Below, in pieces: positions 26,452 to 33,628 of a DNA stretch of 38,383 nucleotides (its first letter is position 1; every line of letters begins with the position of its first letter). Origin of the DNA: an uncultured Muribaculaceae bacterium. Its GTDB lineage: Bacteria > Bacillota_I > Bacilli_A > RF39 > UBA660. The DNA lies in assembly GCA_964440405.1 (NCBI GenBank), contig CAYTSB010000002.1, positions 1 to 38,383 on the forward strand. The letters run 5' to 3'. The position numbers and the translations under genes were made by a program. The notes beneath the pieces are model-generated. The model was not told where the DNA came from. It searched no databases and was given only the letters and a program-made list of their open reading frames with translations.

Positions 26452-27138
26452 ATTATCATCATTTAATTTTGGCAACTCATCATTGATTACAGCAAATGCT
26501 GGAGGTTCTTCTATTGGTGGAGTCGCAACTGAAGTTGGTTCAACTTCAGGCACAGATTCAACAAAATCACTTTGATTCATATTCATACCTGGATTACCAT
26601 TATCAATAAATACTGAACTAAACTGATTTGGATTTGGCATTTTAGCTGTATTTTCTGTTTCCGGAAAAGGATTAAATACTGGCTCCGATGTTGGTGTTAC
26701 AGGTATTTCTGAAACAACATCAACAACTGGTTCTGGTATTACAACTTCGGAAACTGGTTCTGGAGTTGGAATAATTGGTTCTTCTATCACTGGAGTCTCA
26801 TTCATTGGAGGAACAACATTCTCCATATTATTAACAATTGGAGTATTTGTTGATAAAAACTCATTATTTTGATATGAAGTCATCATTTCCGGACTAAATT
26901 CTTTAGTCTCATCTAAACCGCTTGTTACAGCTGCTGCTGGTTGTTGATTTGGTGTTACTTGCCCCAAATTAATTGATTCCATATTATTTACTGGAGCAGT
27001 CTCCGTTACTACCTCTTCTTTATTTTTTTTCTTTCCCGAAAATAAAACGACTAAAAACAAAATTATTAAAACTGCTATAATTCCTAATAAAACATAAAGA
27101 AAGTACTCACTATCATAAAGATTTTTAATAAATTCCAT
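26440..27138 (-). CDS. hypothetical single-pass membrane protein with Pro/Glu/Val-rich extracellular region
   Basis: TM helix YFLYVLLGIIAVLIILFLVVLF, then low-complexity PEP/PVxE-rich sequence. SD AAAGGTGGTGA. Confidence 0.65.
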   Translation of the reverse strand: MEFIKNLYDSEYFLYVLLGIIAVLIILFLVVLFSGKKKNKEEVVTETAPVNNMESINLGQVTPNQQPAAAVTSGLDETKEFSPEMMTSYQNNEFLSTNTPIVNNMENVVPPMNETPVIEEPIIPTPEPVSEVVIPEPVVDVVSEIPVTPTSEPVFNPFPETENTAKMPNPNQFSSVFIDNGNPGMNMNQSDFVESVPEVEPTSVATPPIEEPPAFAVINDELPKLNDDNKEL

Positions 27139-27214
27139 TTTTATTCACCACCTTTTACTCTATAAATTCTATTAATAGAATAACATAATTACAAATTTAT
27201 AGCAAGCAAAAATT

Positions 27215-28087
27215 TTAAGTTAATGCGGCCACCTTTAATTTGTAAAATTTCGAAACTAACACGGGGTCATATAACACTCCTTTACCCCCTTTTTCCTTAG
27301 GAGTAATGCAAAGTATTAATTCATTTAAAGTATCAGTTAAACTCATTTTTTCTTTATAACTTCTTTTAGTAGACATTGCATCAAAGGAATCTACTATCCC
27401 AATAATTCTTGATTCTAAAGCAATATCTTCTCCTTTTAAATTTTTGGGATAGCCAGATCCATCATATCTTTCATGATGCTCTTTAACAATATTTTCAATA
27501 TTTTTAGGCACTAATTTAGATCCAATTATTGGATGATTTTTAATTATTTCAAATTCCCTCTCATTTAATCCAGCCGGTTTAACTAAGATATTTCCAGGGA
27601 TTAAAGATTTACCAATGTCATGTAAAAGCCCCGCAATAAAAATCGTTTTAAGTCGTTCTTCTTGAAAACCTATTTTTTTAGCAAAGTAAACTGATTCATT
27701 AGCCACTCTAATACTGTGATTCAATTCATTTTGATTTAAATTTCCTTTTTCATAAGTCTCATTCAACAATTTTAAAGCATTATTATAATCTTCAGTTTTA
27801 CCTTTTAAATATCTTATTTTATTGCTTACCAGTAAAACGAAATCATTTATTTCATTCAGATAATTATTTAATTTATAAACGGGAATATTTATGTTTTTTA
27901 AAAATTTAGTAGCAGTTGGAGTTAGTTTTTCATTAGTTATAAAAATATCTACATTAATAAAACCAGTTACCAAGTTTTTCATATCTATTTCTTTAAAAAC
28001 ATAAAGATTAGTAAACTTTAACTCAAGTAACTCCAGTTCTTTAAGAGTTAAATTAGCATAACCAATGATAAAGTTTCTTTTTGTCAT
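27215..28087 (-). CDS. HD-GYP domain phosphodiesterase with uncharacterised N-terminal domain
   Basis: GLLHDIGK and HHERYDGSGYP motifs. ATG at 28087 behind SD AGGAGAG. Confidence 0.85.
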   Translation of the reverse strand: MTKRNFIIGYANLTLKELELLELKFTNLYVFKEIDMKNLVTGFINVDIFITNEKLTPTATKFLKNINIPVYKLNNYLNEINDFVLLVSNKIRYLKGKTEDYNNALKLLNETYEKGNLNQNELNHSIRVANESVYFAKKIGFQEERLKTIFIAGLLHDIGKSLIPGNILVKPAGLNEREFEIIKNHPIIGSKLVPKNIENIVKEHHERYDGSGYPKNLKGEDIALESRIIGIVDSFDAMSTKRSYKEKMSLTDTLNELILCITPKEKGGKGVLYDPVLVSKFYKLKVAALT

Positions 28088-28108
28088 AATAACTCTCCTA
28101 CTATAAAA

Positions 28109-28117
28109 ATTGTAACA
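28109..28117 (-). promoter_or_regulatory. extended -10 element (TGTTACAAT) for the HD-GYP gene
   Basis: Minus strand TGTTACAAT lies just after the terminator T-run, 21 nt upstream of the ATG. Confidence 0.35.
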
Positions 28118-28118
28118 T

Positions 28119-28150
28119 AAAAAAAGCATTGTAATTAATGTTTACAATGC
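28119..28150 (-). terminator. intrinsic terminator after the 105-aa gene
   Basis: GCATTGTAA-N7-TTACAATGC 9-bp stem, followed by seven T on the minus strand. Confidence 0.6.
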
Positions 28151-28159
28151 TTTTTACAT

Positions 28160-28477
28160 TTATTTTACATTTTTTTCTTTAAGCCAGAATGGTCCAAATT
28201 CAAGTGCTTTTAAAGTATCACGATCATAATCATAGATTTTATATCCCGCACCCAAGCATGAGTAGACATTACCGTCAATATACTCAATAGTTTCTTTTTT
28301 GATACAGAAAATTGGATCTTTTTCAATTTGAACTTTAATATAATCAGTAACACAAACTGCCATCCAAGCAATCACCACTATCCAAAGAACAATGTTTAAA
28401 ATTCTTTGGAATAAACTTCTCTCCTCTTTGTTTTTCTTCTCCTGTTTTAATAACTCTTTCTTTTCTTTTTCGTTCAT
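28160..28477 (-). CDS. hypothetical small membrane-anchored protein (105 aa)
   Basis: Lys/Glu-rich N-terminus, one TM helix (ILNIVLWIVVIAWMAVCV), and a small extracellular domain with 2 Cys. SD AGAAGGAGGA. Confidence 0.6.
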   Translation of the reverse strand: MNEKEKKELLKQEKKNKEERSLFQRILNIVLWIVVIAWMAVCVTDYIKVQIEKDPIFCIKKETIEYIDGNVYSCLGAGYKIYDYDRDTLKALEFGPFWLKEKNVK

Positions 28478-28492
28478 AATAATCCTCCTTCT

Positions 28493-28942
28493 TTAAAAAT
28501 TAAACTCACTACTAACTAATTTATCAAGTTCAGATTTTGTTATATTTTGATTAGTTATTTTCTTCTGAATAATATTATATAAAATACGAAGACGCATCTT
28601 ATCAATATCATTCATTCGAATAAACTTTATTCTAAGTGGGTATCCGCTTTCTAAAAACAGTGACATTTCAGCTGATATTGGTTTAAAAACAATTGATACT
28701 GATGAAACTGTATGATAAGGAATTGTAAATATTTCTTTCGTATTATCAAAGGTAAACTTTTTATCAAAAAGCAAAATCTTATGATCTGTAAATATACCAT
28801 GATCTCTTAAAGTTTTATACCCGATTAGAATTTTTTCATCATCAAAGACATAATCCTTAACATATCTAGGTAGTTCTTCTACCGATAATGATTTCGAAAA
28901 ATTAAAATATTTAGCTATTTCCTTATACTTAATATAAGCCAT
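28493..28942 (-). CDS. bacterial PH-domain-like protein (YvbH/DUF1696-like)
   Basis: The pattern ...ILIGYKTLRDHGIFTDHKILLFDKK...IPYHTVSSVSI...LFLESGYPLRIKF resembles bacterial PH domains. From memory only. Confidence 0.45.
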   Translation of the reverse strand: MAYIKYKEIAKYFNFSKSLSVEELPRYVKDYVFDDEKILIGYKTLRDHGIFTDHKILLFDKKFTFDNTKEIFTIPYHTVSSVSIVFKPISAEMSLFLESGYPLRIKFIRMNDIDKMRLRILYNIIQKKITNQNITKSELDKLVSSEFNF

Positions 28943-28959
28943 AAATTATCACCAATTTT

Positions 28960-28968
28960 ATTGTACCA
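28960..28968 (-). promoter_or_regulatory. extended -10 element (TGGTACAAT) for the PH-like gene
   Basis: Minus strand TGGTACAAT lies 17 nt upstream of the ATG. Confidence 0.35.
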
Positions 28969-29077
28969 TATTATCAAAAAAAACTAAAGCAAGATTTAAT
29001 TCCCTCTCTAGTTTTTTATTCAAATTATTCGAAATTAATCTTATTGTTTTATTTATTAAAATTAAAATTATTTAAGA

Positions 29078-31885
29078 TTATTTCCACGTTGCTGTTAAAG
29101 TAGCATCTTTATGCCCCATAGTAAATGTTGTGCCTTCCATCTTTGAACCTGCACCGGTAAGTGTCCAACTGTCAAATTTATAACGAGATCTGGTTGGATT
29201 TGGTATATTTATTGTAGCTCCATATTCTACCTGTTTTATTTCAGGAAACGGCGCCAAGAAAAAATATCCCGGATAAATAACTAATGTGTATGTGTTTTTC
29301 GTACAAGCTTCATTAATTATATCATCTTCTTTAATACCGACATAAATTAAACGATCCCATTTACAGGTATGTCCCGTCTTTTGAGTATTTTCTGGAGCAG
29401 ATAACAATCCATTCCAAACAACTTCTTTTACAATTTGACTACCATTTTCATAATTAAATGTTAATTTATAGGTAATTAATGATAGATGTGCATATAACTT
29501 AACATTACCTGTAACTTTATCGGCATCAAAATTCCATTCTTTATTATCTGCAGTACGCCATATTAACTCATGTCCTGGCAGAACAAATGATGAATCTGGA
29601 ACCTGATCAGTTGAAATTTTATTTTCATATGCAACTTTAATAGTTTTACTTACTTGAGGTAAACCATAATAGAATGTTACATTGTATTCTTTGGCCTCCC
29701 AAATTGCTATTACTTCAAAGCCACCTTCTGGCATAGTTGTTGGCATTTCTTCTAATGTTTTTGCTTCCCAGCCTTTAAAGTTATATCCTTCTTTTGTTGT
29801 TTCAACAAGTGACAAGTCAATTACTGAATTATAATCCTGAGTTAAAGGATTGACTGGTAATCCACCATTAGCATCAAATGTTATATCATATTGGTTAATT
29901 GTCCATTTTGCATATAAAGTTATATCTGCAGTTACCCTGTCATTTGTAAAATCCCACTCATTTTCTAAAGTGTTTTCTTTGTACCATCCTTCAAACTTAT
30001 AGCCTTGTTTGGTTGGATCAGTAGGTTTAGTAATTGTAGTATTCTTAGTTACATCTAAAATATCTTCTACATCACTTCCGCCATCAGTATCAAATGTTAC
30101 TATATATTTACCAATAAGGACCCATTTTGCTGTTAATACAGCTTTTTCATATCCCATAGTAAATGTTGTACCTTCTATTTTTGAACCTTTACCAGTAACT
30201 GTCCATCCAGCAAATTCATAACCTTTTTTAGTTGGTTCATTAATAGTTCTAGTATCTTCATATTTTACAAGTTGAAAATTATTTCCACTCCAGTTGCCAC
30301 CATTACGATAAATAAATAAACTGTAAGTATTTTTTATACATTTTGTTGATATTTCATCATCTTCTATGATACCAATGTAAAGCAAGCGATCCCAACTACA
30401 TATATACCCTTGTTTTTGAGTTACTTTAGGAATATCTAACAGTATTCCACCCCAAGGAACTTTTCTTGTAATTATTTCTCCAGTCGTATCAGTAAATGTT
30501 AAAATATATTCCTTAATTTGCCATTTACCAACATATGTTTTGTCTCCACTTGTTCCAAGAATTATACCTTCTTCTTTAGTATCATCTTCATTATACCAAC
30601 CTAGGAAGTTATGTGAAGAACTTGTGGCATTGTTAAATGTAAATTCATCATTAACTGTATAGGTTTTTGAATTTTCAGGTACATTGGCTCCAACTATTCC
30701 AAAAGTATTTACTTTAAATGTTAAATTATAATCAATAATTTCTAATGAAACATATAAATCCAAATCGTTTTCTATTATATTAGTATCAAAATCCCATGCA
30801 TTTCCATCTTTATCTGCCCAACCTAGAAGTTTATATCCAGCAGGCACTGTAAATAATGGCTCTGAAATTTTATTTCCATAAGGGACTTTTGTTGCATCAT
30901 CCAGTGCAACATCTCCATTATAAAATGTTACATTGTATTCTTTGACTGTCCAGTAAGCATATAAAGTAACATCTCCGGTTTTGCCTCCAGCCAAGGTTGT
31001 TACCTCTTCACCATCAATAGCTTTTGTATACCAGCCACTAAATATATAGTTTTCACTAGTTGCCGCTGCCAAAGTATATAAAGGATCTAATATTGTATAA
31101 GTCTTTATATTGCTGTGTACTGCATCTTTAACTATGTCTTCACTTAAATTATAATTGATTTTATAATTATTAATTTCCCATATTGCTTTTATTTCCATAT
31201 TTTTTGCTGGCATTACTTCTGGGATTTCTTGATCCCATCCTGCGAAAGTATAGCCTTCTTTAGTTGGATCTACCGGCTTAGTTACTGCTATTCCGATATT
31301 CCCAACAATTTTAGGAACTGCTGTTCCCCCATCAGTATCAAATGTTATTGTATAGTTAGTTGCTAAGTAAATTGTTTCTGTATCAATGTTACTTGTTACT
31401 TTTGTGTATCCTCTTGTCCAACCATTAAAGGTATAACCTTCATAACTTGGTACTGTAGGTGCTGTAGCACTCATTCCCGTTAGAACTCTTTGTGATTTTA
31501 AGGTTGTGTCTTTTCTGCTATCAATAAATCTGACAGTATAGTAGGTGTCATCATCATCTGCAATGCCATTATTATTAATATCATCCGCATATTTAGTTTT
31601 TACTGTAATATTTTCTGTTATATTATCTAAATTTGCTTTTTCATTAGTGTCTTCTTTATACCAACCAATGAATACTACATTTTTGTGATCTGGAACTTCT
31701 GGTGCAGTTACCTTTGTCCCAACTTCAACCGTCTTTTTATCCAGTTGTTTGTTATCATAACTATCAATAAATGTTACTGTTCTTGTTGCTTTTGCTTCAT
31801 TTTCAGCAGGATTAGCAAATGTTATCATAAAGAAACTAAGTAACAAGAATAATAAAACAGCTATGATTCTTTTTTTGTTAAACAT
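29078..31885 (-). CDS. large secreted/surface protein built of Listeria-Bacteroides (Flg_new-type) repeats
   Basis: Signal peptide MFNKKRIIAVLLFLLLSFFMITFANPAENEA. At least 10 modules of the type Y.(I/V)TFD..GG......P.DPTKEGY.F.GW....W. No LPXTG or other recognisable C-terminal anchor. Confidence 0.85.
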   Translation of the reverse strand: MFNKKRIIAVLLFLLLSFFMITFANPAENEAKATRTVTFIDSYDNKQLDKKTVEVGTKVTAPEVPDHKNVVFIGWYKEDTNEKANLDNITENITVKTKYADDINNNGIADDDDTYYTVRFIDSRKDTTLKSQRVLTGMSATAPTVPSYEGYTFNGWTRGYTKVTSNIDTETIYLATNYTITFDTDGGTAVPKIVGNIGIAVTKPVDPTKEGYTFAGWDQEIPEVMPAKNMEIKAIWEINNYKINYNLSEDIVKDAVHSNIKTYTILDPLYTLAAATSENYIFSGWYTKAIDGEEVTTLAGGKTGDVTLYAYWTVKEYNVTFYNGDVALDDATKVPYGNKISEPLFTVPAGYKLLGWADKDGNAWDFDTNIIENDLDLYVSLEIIDYNLTFKVNTFGIVGANVPENSKTYTVNDEFTFNNATSSSHNFLGWYNEDDTKEEGIILGTSGDKTYVGKWQIKEYILTFTDTTGEIITRKVPWGGILLDIPKVTQKQGYICSWDRLLYIGIIEDDEISTKCIKNTYSLFIYRNGGNWSGNNFQLVKYEDTRTINEPTKKGYEFAGWTVTGKGSKIEGTTFTMGYEKAVLTAKWVLIGKYIVTFDTDGGSDVEDILDVTKNTTITKPTDPTKQGYKFEGWYKENTLENEWDFTNDRVTADITLYAKWTINQYDITFDANGGLPVNPLTQDYNSVIDLSLVETTKEGYNFKGWEAKTLEEMPTTMPEGGFEVIAIWEAKEYNVTFYYGLPQVSKTIKVAYENKISTDQVPDSSFVLPGHELIWRTADNKEWNFDADKVTGNVKLYAHLSLITYKLTFNYENGSQIVKEVVWNGLLSAPENTQKTGHTCKWDRLIYVGIKEDDIINEACTKNTYTLVIYPGYFFLAPFPEIKQVEYGATINIPNPTRSRYKFDSWTLTGAGSKMEGTTFTMGHKDATLTATWK

Positions 31886-31949
31886 AATATTTAACCTCCC
31901 TTTCTAAAATGTTTAAATGCATAATACAAAAAAACATCTTTACATAGTG

Positions 31950-31978
31950 ATTGTACAACAAAAAATATAAATATGCAA
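31950..31978 (-). promoter_or_regulatory. sigma-A promoter of the surface protein gene
   Basis: Minus strand TTGCAT - 17 nt - TACAAT. The leader is about 60 nt and ends in SD AAAGGGAGG. Confidence 0.55.
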
Positions 31979-32032
31979 TAAAAAAAACCTTCTTTTGAGC
32001 CCAATCAATATCTAATATATATTATTGTATTT

Positions 32033-32060
32033 ATTCAAAAAAAAATACTTTAAAGTATTA
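32033..32060 (-). terminator. intrinsic terminator after the second signal peptidase gene
   Basis: Minus strand AATACTT-TA-AAGTATT followed by a run of 9+ T. Overlaps the stop codon. Confidence 0.6.
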
Positions 32061-32612
32061 TTTTGTTTTACCTATTTCATTTAAAGGCCATATTTTTAAA
32101 ATTGATCTACCAATAATCTGATCTTTTTTAACTAATCCTAAAGATTTATCTCTGCTATCTAAAGAATCTTCTCTATTATCCCCCAATACTAGATACATAT
32201 CTTCAGGAATTTTATTATCGGGGCAATCCAGTTTAGAACAAATATCTTCAAACAAAAAATTATTAGTATGAACATCGGCACTTAAAAACTTTTCATCATA
32301 ACCGACATTGTTAATATATAAAATATTATCTAGATAATGAATTTCTTCTCCCGGTAAACCAATTATTCTTTTAACATAAAGTTTGCCATCAAGGGTCTTT
32401 AAAGCTACAATATCATTTCTTTTAATTTCAAATAATTTATAATTAATTTTAGATAAAACCGTAACATCACCGTCTTTTAAAGTCGGTGACATTGAACTTT
32501 CATATATCTGCTGAAAAGAAATAACATATAAAAATACAATCATTGTTAAAATAATAACAATAATATATTTGAAAGTATCTTTAAAAAATTCATTTACCCC
32601 TCTTAAATCCAC
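32058..32612 (-). CDS. signal peptidase I (second paralog)
   Basis: TM helix, then SMSPTL (Ser), VKRIIGLPGEE (Lys) and GDNREDSLDSR. GTG start behind AAGGTGA. Confidence 0.88.
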   Translation of the reverse strand: MDLRGVNEFFKDTFKYIIVIILTMIVFLYVISFQQIYESSMSPTLKDGDVTVLSKINYKLFEIKRNDIVALKTLDGKLYVKRIIGLPGEEIHYLDNILYINNVGYDEKFLSADVHTNNFLFEDICSKLDCPDNKIPEDMYLVLGDNREDSLDSRDKSLGLVKKDQIIGRSILKIWPLNEIGKTK

Positions 32613-32622
32613 TTAAATCACC

Positions 32623-32832
32623 TTACATATATCTATTCATTTGTTTCATCATTTGATTAACCTGTTTTTGATTTGGTTTTCTACCCATACTGCTCATTAA
32701 TGCTTCAATCATTTTTTCATTGATTGGCGGGTTTTTCTTTAAATATTTTTTCATAAATATTCTAGCTAGAAAAAAGCCAAGAATAAGTCCAGGAATTAAA
32801 CCTACTAGGATTAATAATATATCTTTTATCAT
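32623..32832 (-). CDS. yneF: UPF0154 membrane protein YneF
   Basis: ILLILVGLIPGLILGFFLARIFMKKYLKKNPPINEKMIEALMSSMGRKPNQKQVNQMMKQM is the YneF family pattern. ATG at 32832 behind GGAG. Confidence 0.78.
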   Translation of the reverse strand: MIKDILLILVGLIPGLILGFFLARIFMKKYLKKNPPINEKMIEALMSSMGRKPNQKQVNQMMKQMNRYM

Positions 32833-32887
32833 TTTATCAACTCCATTCAATTATATTATATTAGAATTTTCACTAATTAACAAGAGC

Positions 32888-33298
32888 TTATAACAAACTT
32901 TCCAACCAAAAATAATCTTTATTTTGAAAATCACATACAAAAATGTTGTTATTTTTAATATCTTTAAAAAATACTGGAGCAATTACGGTTGTCTTTAATT
33001 TTAAATAAGAATTATTAATTGTTAATTCTGTTTTTTCATCAGTATAATAATTATTGATAATATGAATATTATTGAATTTAGTATAATTATTATTATGCCT
33101 GTTATGATCAAAAATATTTAAATTAAGATTTTTTTTATCAAAAGGAGTTGCCACTTGAAAAAATAAATCATAAGCCAGAAAAATATCTTTTTTATTAAAA
33201 TTATAAATTTGTTCAAAAGTTTTAAATAAATTATAAGGGTTATCTTTAGTTAAAGATCTAAATTCATCACTAATTTTAAAAATATAAAAAGTTCGCAC
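32888..33298 (-). CDS. possible SirA (YneE)-like sporulation inhibitor of replication; otherwise hypothetical
   Basis: 136 aa, immediately upstream of yneF as yneE is in B. subtilis. The N-terminus (RTFYIFKISDEF) and C-terminus (FVCDFQNKDYFWL) loosely parallel my memory of SirA (YYTYLIKEEF...FLAMDFNSKRYGWL). Confidence 0.4.
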   Translation of the reverse strand: MRTFYIFKISDEFRSLTKDNPYNLFKTFEQIYNFNKKDIFLAYDLFFQVATPFDKKNLNLNIFDHNRHNNNYTKFNNIHIINNYYTDEKTELTINNSYLKLKTTVIAPVFFKDIKNNNIFVCDFQNKDYFWLESLL

Positions 33299-33322
33299 TT
33301 AATCACCTTCTAAAATTTAACA

Positions 33323-33353
33323 TAAAAAAACTAAATTTCTTGTCGAAATCTAG
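33323..33353 (-). terminator. intrinsic terminator after the SOS small gene
   Basis: Minus strand CTAGATTTC-GACAA-GAAATTTAG (one G.U) followed by TTTTTTT. The TAG stop lies in the 5' arm. Confidence 0.6.
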
Positions 33354-33511
33354 TTATTTATTATTGCCAATTCCTGTTCTCTAATAATAACACTTTCATA
33401 ACTCTCAACAGGATTTAATTCTCTAAACCGATAGGTACAGGCCAAAGCTATTACTATCGTTAATAGATAGAATGCAATTTCTCCTTTGTTTTTCTTTAAA
33501 TATTTTTTCAT
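33350..33511 (-). CDS. 53-aa single-TM protein divergent from lexA (candidate SOS cell-division inhibitor, YneA/SosA analogue)
   Basis: MKKYLKKNKGEIAFYLLTIVIALACTYRFRELNPVESYESVIIREQELAIINN. ATG at 33511 behind AGAAGGAG. The longer ORF-track start would cover this gene's own promoter. Confidence 0.55.
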   Translation of the reverse strand: MKKYLKKNKGEIAFYLLTIVIALACTYRFRELNPVESYESVIIREQELAIINN

Positions 33512-33535
33512 ATCATCACTCCTTCTTACATTTTC

Positions 33536-33564
33536 ATTATAAATCATACATTTGTTTGTGTCAA
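33536..33564 (-). promoter_or_regulatory. consensus sigma-A promoter of the 53-aa gene
   Basis: Minus strand TTGACA - 17 nt - TATAAT (perfect hexamers). The spacer contains a LexA-box-like sequence. Confidence 0.65.
33546..33557. promoter_or_regulatory. degenerate LexA (Cheo) box 1
   Basis: Minus strand AAACAAATGTAT versus GAAC-N4-GTTC (3 core mismatches). Inverted copy of the core of box 2 (ACATTTGTT / AACAAATGT). Confidence 0.3.
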
Positions 33565-33572
33565 GATTTTTT

Positions 33573-33584
33573 GAACAAATGTTT
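33573..33584. promoter_or_regulatory. LexA (Cheo) box 2
   Basis: GAACAAATGTTT versus GAAC-N4-GTTC (1 mismatch). Overlaps the lexA -35. Confidence 0.55.
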
Positions 33585-33611
33585 GACATTTGACATTTAG
33601 CATGCTAAAAT
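33583..33611 (+). promoter_or_regulatory. sigma-A promoter of lexA
   Basis: TTGACA - 17 nt - TAAAAT. A second overlapping TTGACA lies 7 nt downstream. Confidence 0.6.
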
Positions 33612-33628
33612 ATTTTTGGAGGTAGATA

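Noticed and set aside
30009-30221. 70-aa plus-strand ORF inside the surface protein gene
   Set aside because: It is antisense to a repeat module of a clearly coding gene, with no SD.
33583-33597. Duplicated TTGACATT TGACATT motif upstream of lexA as a separate repeat element
   Set aside because: It is only 7-8 nt repeated twice. It is adequately explained as two overlapping -35 candidates beside the LexA box, and only the first has correct spacing to the TAAAAT -10.
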